From an uncultured Psychrobacillus sp. (GTDB lineage: Bacteria > Bacillota > Bacilli > Bacillales_A > Planococcaceae): DNA of 64,000 nt. Position numbers and translations under genes: made by a program. The DNA is taken from the NCBI GenBank assembly GCA_934234185.1, contig CAKQHO010000004.1, forward strand, positions 15,576 to 79,575, read 5' to 3'. Position 1 is the first letter of the stretch; the number at the start of each line of letters is the position of its first letter. This document shows, in pieces, positions 58,153 to 64,000 of this stretch. The notes under the pieces are model-generated. The model saw only the letters and a list, made by a program, of their open reading frames with translations, searched no databases and had not been told where the DNA came from.

Positions 58153-58824
58153 TTATAGCGGTATATTATATAGAAGAAACTCCGTTTTACTGATGTCCGA
58201 TAATGCCGAATTTTGCACGATTTTCGCTATATTTTAACGGGCATAACTGTGCACTTTTCGTGTTAGATTACGTTATATTTTTTGCAATTTTAACTCGTCA
58301 AAACACGTCAAATCCATCGGAGTACATCGGAGTAAATAACGATAATTTCATGCAAGTTGGCGCAAGTTTTATCGTACATTATCAGACTATAACCGCAAGT
58401 TTACTAAAATGACGTAATTAGCTTCGTTTATATAGAAGGAATGCGGATTCTACGGTTTAGTACGCTTTAGTTTATGGTTGCGATTTCTTGCGATTTATCA
58501 GGCGACTTGCTGCCGCGTGCGAGAGTCCAAACGCTTTAAACGTGTCCATCGGTTCGATTATCGTACTAGGTCGATGTAAACTAACGAAATATTATCGCAG
58601 TATATAGAAGAAAGCCGTAAATGGCGTTTTACATACGTTGTCACTATGAGCATATCGCAGGGTTCAATCAGGCGATCCGTTCACCAGGCGATGCCTTCGA
58701 AAAACCGAGGGGTCGCATAACGTTATTATCGAATAGCTATATAGAAGAAACTGCGTAATTATGATGCGACTATTTGCGACTCTACTCGGAACTAGCGCAA
58801 TTATCGAAGGTTATATAGAAGGAA
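58153..58824 (+). repeat. iteron field: five TATATAGAAGRAA boxes, four of them preceded by ATTATMG
   Basis: Boxes lie at 58167-58179, 58429-58441, 58601-58613, 58738-58750 and 58812-58824. ATTATAG/ATTATCG lies 3-7 nt upstream of boxes 1, 3, 4 and 5. The region also holds CAGGCGA three times (58499, 58669, 58685) and TTGCGATTT twice in tandem (58478, 58488). Confidence 0.8.
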
Positions 58825-58920
58825 AGCGAAATAATCAGTTCCGAATAGTTCCGATTTACAAGGTGAGAGGGTCTGGCGTGCGTGTCTCCGATTACTTTGC
58901 GTAATCATAACTGTTAAGTA

Positions 58921-58949
58921 TTGACTACGATATGCCAACGTGATAAGAT
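58921..58949 (+). promoter_or_regulatory. sigma-A promoter candidate of the serine recombinase, bracketed by CGTAATCAWAA repeats
   Basis: TTGACT, 17-nt spacer, TAAGAT, with TG at -15/-14. CGTAATCATAA at 58900-58910, CGTAATCAAAA at 58961-58971, CGTAATCATAA at 58974-58984. Confidence 0.5.
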
Positions 58950-58998
58950 AGCCTTATAAACGTAATCAAAACTCGTAATCATAAATGGAGGCTATCGA

Positions 58999-59562
58999 AT
59001 GACACGATACGGCTACGCAAGGGTAAGCGGAACGTCACAGGACTTAACAGAACAGATTGCGAGATTACAAGACGCAGGATGCACCGAGATATTAAGCGAG
59101 AAGCATACCGGTACTAAGAAGGAAAGACCGGAGTTCCAACGTGTGCTATCGCTATTGCAAGAAGGAGATACGTTAGTAGTTACGAAGCTAGACCGCTTTG
59201 CTCGTTCGGCAGAGGATGGCATAACGATTATCAAGGCGCTTATAAGACGCGGTGTAAGCGTTCATATACTGAATATGGGCGTAGTAGAGGACACGCAGAT
59301 AGGTCGCTTGCTTCTTACGATAATGGCAGGCTTCGCGGAGTTCGAACGAGATATGATCGTGGAGAGACTAGCGGAAGGAAAGGCGCAAGCAAAGCAGCGT
59401 GACGACTACCGAGAAGGTAGACCGAATAAGTTTTCGAAGAAGCAACTCGACCATGCTATGACGTTACTAGAGACGCATAGCTATACGGAAGTCGAGCGCA
59501 TGACAGGCATAAGTAAAGCGACACTGACGAGACACAAACGAAAGATCAAAGCGAAGACATGA
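58999..59562 (+). CDS. small serine recombinase (resolvase/invertase family)
   Basis: '[12 protein letters not shown]' (catalytic Ser), '[12 protein letters not shown]', and C-terminal HTH '[14 protein letters not shown]'. 187 aa. Confidence 0.9.
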   Translation: MTRYGYARVSGTSQDLTEQIARLQDAGCTEILSEKHTGTKKERPEFQRVLSLLQEGDTLVVTKLDRFARSAEDGITIIKALIRRGVSVHILNMGVVEDTQIGRLLLTIMAGFAEFERDMIVERLAEGKAQAKQRDDYREGRPNKFSKKQLDHAMTLLETHSYTEVERMTGISKATLTRHKRKIKAKT

Positions 59563-59664
59563 TCGAATGTGGTCGTGTCTTTTTTTATACGGGGGGGCTT
59601 GCGAAAATCAAACCGCGCTGTCCTGGTGGCTGAAATTTACGAGCAAAAAATTTTCACTTGGGGG

Positions 59665-60636
59665 TCAATCTGAATTTAGTTCTTTCTCCTTTTGTAGTAT
59701 TAACCTTTCTAATTTTGTCCAGCTTTCTTTAAACATTGAAGGATCTTCATTGAAAAATTTAACCTCCACTTTTGAATCATCTTCTTCTTTTTTGAAATCT
59801 GTTTCCAGAAGACCATTTAATATACCTAAAGTAATATCAACGTTAGATATAGGGCTGCCAGTAAACAAATCTAGGGAAGTAAAGAGAAAATGTTTTTTGT
59901 TAAAATCATCGAGGTGATTAAATTTAAACTCTTCACAGTATTTAGTTAGTATTTTGTAATACGTATAAACTGTTAACTCAATATTCTGCTTAGTGTTCGA
60001 TTGTTTATCGATTGGTTGGTTGTCGTAAAACAGCTCGTTATCTGACTGTAGCAAAAAGAAATTTTCTATGCTCATATTGCAGTGGACAAATTTTGAGAGA
60101 GATCCATAGGTTTCTTTATAAAAAATTAACAAGCCAGTTTCTTTCGCCATTTCCTCTACTGATGGGATAACTTTATATTGCTTGTTGGTTTGGTCAGTAT
60201 ATAGTTGCTTGCAGTCATTTATTATTTGATGACGTTTGTCCCAAAGTTTTGTATTAACTAAGTATTTTACTGGTCGAGAGTTTACTAAAGCGTATAGTAA
60301 TTGAGCTTGGTCTCTTACTCTTTCTCTAAGGTAGTATTCAAATGAATTAGTCTTTGAAAGATACTCAATTCTAATGAAAATTTCTACAATTTTCCTGGAA
60401 ATTATCTTTGCATCGTGAACGTGGTTATGCTCTATTAATGTAAAGTATGAATGCATACTTTTATATGCATTTAAAAGCAATAAATTTAATACCCTGTTTT
60501 TAGGGTTCGATTCTTCGAATACCATTTCTTTTGATATCTCTGTGCTTATTTTCATAAGGTCTTCATAGGCATCTGAATAGATTTTTGGGTTATTTACTAA
60601 ATCCCTTAACATCTCTTTTAATTCCTTTTTATCCAT
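59665..60636 (-). CDS. hypothetical cargo protein, possibly DUF5677 / AbiV-like
   Basis: ATG at 60636 follows TAGGAGGT. An all-helical-looking, Lys/Asn-rich 323-aa protein in a very AT-rich patch. 'LLLLNAYKSMHSYFTLIEHNHVHDAKIISRKIVEIFIRIEYL' and 'YGSLSKFVHCN' resemble the DUF5677 pattern as I recall it. Confidence 0.3.
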   Translation of the reverse strand: MDKKELKEMLRDLVNNPKIYSDAYEDLMKISTEISKEMVFEESNPKNRVLNLLLLNAYKSMHSYFTLIEHNHVHDAKIISRKIVEIFIRIEYLSKTNSFEYYLRERVRDQAQLLYALVNSRPVKYLVNTKLWDKRHQIINDCKQLYTDQTNKQYKVIPSVEEMAKETGLLIFYKETYGSLSKFVHCNMSIENFFLLQSDNELFYDNQPIDKQSNTKQNIELTVYTYYKILTKYCEEFKFNHLDDFNKKHFLFTSLDLFTGSPISNVDITLGILNGLLETDFKKEEDDSKVEVKFFNEDPSMFKESWTKLERLILQKEKELNSD

Positions 60637-60776
60637 ATTGTAATACCTCCTATTCCATACCATAATATACCACTACTATATATGAAAAAGGATCTTATTT
60701 ATAGATTATTTTTAAAGATGCTAAACATAATTGGAAAAGATACCTTGCACAGAAAACACAAGCGTTAATCCTACAA

Positions 60777-60890
60777 ATACTACGTAAGAATATAACGTAA
60801 TCGTACTGCGATAGCGCATCGAAATATAAGCGATATTGCCTTAGCGATTAATCGTATGGTATACTAACCTACGTGAATCAACGGGGTATT
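60777..60890. repeat. right-arm repeat cluster (partners of the left-arm sites)
   Basis: atactacgtaagaatataacgtaa (60777-60800) and tcgtactgcgatagcgca (60801-60818) are direct copies of the left-arm motifs. tacgtgaatcaacggggtatt (60870-60890) is the inverted partner of 39015-39036. Confidence 0.75.
60836..60865 (+). promoter_or_regulatory. outward-facing promoter candidate inside the element, ~90 nt upstream of the intact tRNA-Arg
   Basis: TTGCCT, 18-nt spacer, TATACT, preceded by TGG (extended -10, TGnTATACT). Confidence 0.4.
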
Positions 60891-60951
60891 ACAAGGGGAT
60901 TTCGCATTAAATGCGGATAAAGCCAGTGATACCAACGGTTTGAGGCTTACG

Positions 60952-60980
60952 CTTGCCCCTGTAGTTTAATGGATATGACG
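60952..60980 (+). repeat. attR core: 29-bp direct repeat (start of the intact tRNA-Arg)
   Basis: Identical to 38872-38900. Confidence 0.9.
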
Positions 60981-61026
60981 TAAGATTCCGGTTCTTGAGA
61001 TGGGGGTTCGATTCCCTCCAGGGGCG
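60955..61026 (+). tRNA. tRNA-Arg (anticodon CCG)
   Basis: Manual cloverleaf. Acceptor GCCCCTG/CAGGGGC. D arm GTT(T)-AATGGATA-(T)GAC. Anticodon stem TAAGA/TCTTG with loop TTCCGGT. T arm GGGGG-TTCGATT-CCCTC. Discriminator G. CCA is not encoded (TCA follows). Confidence 0.85.
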
Positions 61027-61036
61027 TCACATAGAA

Positions 61037-61072
61037 AACACGTTAGCCAAATTGGTTAGCGTGTTTTTTTAT
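61037..61072 (+). terminator. rho-independent terminator of tRNA-Arg
   Basis: AACACGTTAGCCA ... TGGTTAGCGTGTT stem followed by T7. Confidence 0.8.
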
Positions 61073-61286
61073 TTTCAATCTGGATCATTCTGTGGAACCG
61101 TCTCCTCATAGAGAGGGCAGATAAGTTGCTGATGTTTTTATCCACCTTCCTATACTACCCAAACCTTGCCAATTTATATCCTCGTATATTTATTATATTG
61201 GTAAAATGATGCAGCTAGAACAAGAAATTTTACTGTTATAATTACTTAGTTAACAACTAGAATTGACAGATAAGGTGGTACATAAG

Positions 61287-63044
61287 GTGAAAAAAATAGT
61301 AACAATGCTTTTATCCATCCTGCTTGTACTTGGCCTTCTTCCTAAAGAAGAGGCCCTAGCCGCGTCTTTTACGGACGTGACAAACTACCAGGATGAGATC
61401 AATTATTTAGTTTCGAAAAAAGTAATTAATGGCTATCCAGATGGATCATTTAAGCCATTGAATAACCTAACTAGAATGCACGCAGTAACCATGATTTTGC
61501 GTGAGAAGGGAATCACAGATCTTACTGCTCCTGATCCAGGTTTTACGGACGTTAAGCCAGGTACTAAAGGATACGAAGAGGTAGCAAAGGCTGTGCAGCT
61601 TGGTTTTATTTCAGGTAAAAATGCTGCGAATGGCACGAAATATTTTGATCCACAAGGAACATTAACTAGAGGACAAATGGCAAAAATCCTTGTATTAGGA
61701 TATGGCCTTCCTATTAATAATAATTACTCTTTTACAGATGTGACAGCTGACAATGGGTTTAAAAGCCAAATCAGCACATTAGCAAGCCAAAATATTACAA
61801 CAGGCTATGAAGATGGCTCCTTTAAGCCAAACGGGAAAATTACTCGCCAGCATTTCGCTGTGTTCATGGCGCGATTATTAAATGAGAGCTTTAAACCAAA
61901 GCCAGCTCCGGCTTCTAAAAAAATGTATGCCCACTTTATTGACGTTGGACAAGGGGATTCCATTCTTCTTCAAACACCAAACAACAAAACAATGCTGATT
62001 GATGGCGGTACAAAGGCTGCTGGTTCGAAGGTAGTTAGCTTCTTAAAATCAAAGGGCATTACAAAGCTGGATTATGTAGTAGCTACTCATCCAGATGCAG
62101 ACCATATTGGTGGGTTGATTGAAGTACTGAAGAATTTTAAAGTGACAAACTTTATAGACCCTGGAAAAACGCATACTACTCAAACCTACCTTGAGTTAAT
62201 GAAGTTAGTCGATACAAAAGGAATTAATTATACTATTGCTACAACTGGCAGTAAGATTACTATAGATTCTTCTATAGGAGTCCAAGTGCTTCATGCAAAT
62301 AAAAATGCAAGTGATTCCAACGATGCCTCTATCGTACTAAAAGCTACTTATAATAAGGTATCCTTCTTATTAATGGGGGATGCTAGTACAGAGCTAGAAT
62401 CTACCATCATGGCTAAATATGACGTAAAGGCAACGGTATTGAAAGCTGGACATCATGGCTCAAATACAGGGAGCTCCGCTAAGTTCATAAGCAAAGTGAA
62501 TCCAGCTTCTACCATTTTAAGCTATGGGAAAGATAATTCCTATGGTCATCCACATAAAGAAGTGGTCACTAGATTAAAAAATGTAGGTTCTAAAATTTAT
62601 TCAACCGCTAATTCTGGAACTATTACGGTAATGACAAATGGAACAACACACACCGTGTCGGCGAAGGAATGGACAGGAACTGGAACAGGTTCAAGCACTG
62701 GATCAGGATCAGGCAGTACTACTACGCCTACTACTCCTACTACCTCTTCTAACGTCAAGATAGTTAGCAAGGATCTTAGCGCGGAAATAGTGGGAATAAA
62801 AAACAATGGTTCTACAAGCGTCAACCTGCAAGGCTGGAAGCTGGTATCAGTAGAAGGTAATCAATCATATACATTTGGCTCTTATACGCTTGGGGCTGGA
62901 AAAACAGTATATGTTACAAGTGGTCCTAACGCTAAAACTGGTACTAGCTACCTTAAATGGACCGGCTCGGCTATCTGGAACAACAGTGGAGATGCTGCAA
63001 AGCTTTACAATGCTAGTGGTAAGCTAGTAAGTGAAATGAAATAA
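61287..63044 (+). CDS. cell-surface protein: signal peptide + 3 SLH domains + ComEC-type MBL-fold hydrolase + lamin-tail domain
   Basis: GTG at 61287 follows TAAGGTGG. SLH repeats ('FTDV...INGYPDGSFKP', three times). 'HFIDVGQGDSILLQTPNNKTMLIDGG' and 'HPDADHIGG' MBL motifs. Thr/Ser/Gly linker. C-terminal 'NLQGWKLVS...GAGKTVYVTSG' is LTD-like. Confidence 0.75.
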   Translation: MKKIVTMLLSILLVLGLLPKEEALAASFTDVTNYQDEINYLVSKKVINGYPDGSFKPLNNLTRMHAVTMILREKGITDLTAPDPGFTDVKPGTKGYEEVAKAVQLGFISGKNAANGTKYFDPQGTLTRGQMAKILVLGYGLPINNNYSFTDVTADNGFKSQISTLASQNITTGYEDGSFKPNGKITRQHFAVFMARLLNESFKPKPAPASKKMYAHFIDVGQGDSILLQTPNNKTMLIDGGTKAAGSKVVSFLKSKGITKLDYVVATHPDADHIGGLIEVLKNFKVTNFIDPGKTHTTQTYLELMKLVDTKGINYTIATTGSKITIDSSIGVQVLHANKNASDSNDASIVLKATYNKVSFLLMGDASTELESTIMAKYDVKATVLKAGHHGSNTGSSAKFISKVNPASTILSYGKDNSYGHPHKEVVTRLKNVGSKIYSTANSGTITVMTNGTTHTVSAKEWTGTGTGSSTGSGSGSTTTPTTPTTSSNVKIVSKDLSAEIVGIKNNGSTSVNLQGWKLVSVEGNQSYTFGSYTLGAGKTVYVTSGPNAKTGTSYLKWTGSAIWNNSGDAAKLYNASGKLVSEMK

Positions 63045-63153
63045 TGACGTGGCTGTAGGTGAACATCCTGTTCGCTTGCAGCTTTTTTATTGCGAACGCT
63101 GCGCGTTACGATAATACTCTCACATAACCGCCAAGAGGCTGCTTTATTCCATA

Positions 63154-63196
63154 AAATAGACACCTATTGCCACAAAGCAATAGGTGTCTATTTTTA
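63154..63196. terminator. bidirectional terminator
   Basis: ATAGACACCTATTGC-CACAAA-GCAATAGGTGTCTAT perfect 15-bp stem flanked by A/T runs, between convergent genes. Confidence 0.85.
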
Positions 63197-64000
63197 GTTT
63201 CTATCATGATCTAAAACATGCTTTTTTGTAATCGAAAACGTTACAACGAAGTAGAGGGAATAAATTAATGCGATCACCGTTACAATGAGAACTGATATAG
63301 ACGTCATACTGAGCTGTTCTTCTAAACCGAGTAATTGGATAAATTGCTCTGAAATAATTGCAACGGGGAGAGCTAATAGAATCGGAACCATAATTGGGAA
63401 TGCAAAGAAGAGAAGAATTTGCTTTGCCAATGTCGCCGTTTGCATGGATTTCGATACTCCGATCCGATATAAAATACGATATTTTTTCTCATCATCGCTC
63501 GTTGTTGATAATGTCTTTAGTGCGAGAATCGCTAATGCTAGTAGTACAAAAACAAAGCCCATATACAACACACCGACGATTAAAATTGCTGAAAAGGCCA
63601 TGCTTTCAGCACGTTGATAGCTTTTAATCCGATAATCACTTGTCTCGATATTATAATTTTCCATAGGTATTTGATAAGTAAACTCCTGATGTAAAGCTAC
63701 TGTATCAAAATCCATTGAGGCTAAATCTACAGCATAAGCTGTTTGAGCAAGCTGCATGCCATCAACTACTTCATCCGGAACCACAATAACAAAATATACC
63801 CAAGCAAGTGCAGGCAAAATTCCTTTTACATGGCTTAGTTTATATGTCTTCCCATGATGAGAAATCGTTTGACTTGAAAAATCGTAGCTGTCAATTGGAC
63901 CCATATTCGAGTAGATAGCATATTCATGTTCCAATGTAATCGGCTCTTCGCCGATTGCCTGTAGCAGGATGTTTAAGTCGGATACACGCATATAGGTATC
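63194..64000 (-). CDS. FtsX-family (BceB-type) ABC transporter permease, C-terminal part; 5' end outside window
   Basis: The frame stays open to the window edge. An extracellular-domain-like segment is followed by TM helices ('AFSAILIVGVLYMGFVFVLLALAILALK', 'LLFFAFPIMVPILLALPVAII', 'VLIVTVIALIYSLYFVVTF'). Confidence 0.7.
   Translation of the reverse strand, partial: DTYMRVSDLNILLQAIGEEPITLEHEYAIYSNMGPIDSYDFSSQTISHHGKTYKLSHVKGILPALAWVYFVIVVPDEVVDGMQLAQTAYAVDLASMDFDTVALHQEFTYQIPMENYNIETSDYRIKSYQRAESMAFSAILIVGVLYMGFVFVLLALAILALKTLSTTSDDEKKYRILYRIGVSKSMQTATLAKQILLFFAFPIMVPILLALPVAIISEQFIQLLGLEEQLSMTSISVLIVTVIALIYSLYFVVTFSITKKHVLDHDRN

Larger units (their letters stand above)
38872..60980. mobile_element. 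~22.1-kb mosaic integrative element (mobilizable island / phage-satellite-like) in tRNA-Arg(CCG)
   Basis: Perfect 29-bp flanking direct repeats with an integrase next to attL and matching arm repeats at both ends. Carries an FtsK-like/replication-relaxation module, a repressor switch, phage-derived genes and three recombinases. It interrupts otherwise B. subtilis-like clpP - tRNA-Arg synteny. Confidence 0.88.

Noticed and set aside
58203-58412. 69-aa ORF within the iteron field.
   Set aside because: It has no RBS, its composition is typical of non-coding DNA (Phe/Asn/Ile-rich), and it spans the repeat motifs.
59567-59917. 116-aa plus-strand ORF antisense to the cargo gene.
   Set aside because: It is a low-complexity Ser/Leu/Phe-rich mirror of the AT-rich minus-strand gene, with no RBS.

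Overview
Bacillaceae-type chromosomal segment, by eye roughly 38-40% GC. It is syntenic with the Bacillus subtilis uvrBA - yvlB - hprK-lgt-yvoD-ppaX-yvoF - his operon - trxB - yvcIJKL(rapZ/whiA)-crh - clpP - tRNA-Arg region. The left 15 kb carries accessory housekeeping genes: two beta-lactamase-family hydrolases, an ECF sigma/anti-sigma pair, crotonase, an EAL-HDOD protein, comK and an M14 peptidase. The main non-core feature is a ~22.1-kb mosaic integrative element (38872-60980). It is bounded by a perfect 29-bp direct repeat that duplicates the 5' end of tRNA-Arg(CCG). The element carries two tyrosine recombinases and one small serine recombinase. It also has an FtsK-like ATPase + replication-relaxation + small membrane protein module, and a repressor/operator switch. 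A long same-strand operon of small genes contains an orphan tail tape-measure gene, a proteasome-like Ntn-hydrolase candidate and a tail-chaperone-like gene, but I see no capsid, portal, terminase or T4SS genes. Two large non-coding regions are densely structured: five hairpins with an invariant CGCCAA loop, and a 1.1-kb iteron field. A lone AT-rich cargo gene sits at the right end. Outside the island there are two unusual satellite-like repeat arrays built from ~21-22-bp modules (8.4-9.15 kb and 33.45-34.1 kb, with dispersed solo copies). The his operon lacks hisH and hisF. All functional calls rest on motif recognition by eye; no database searches were run.
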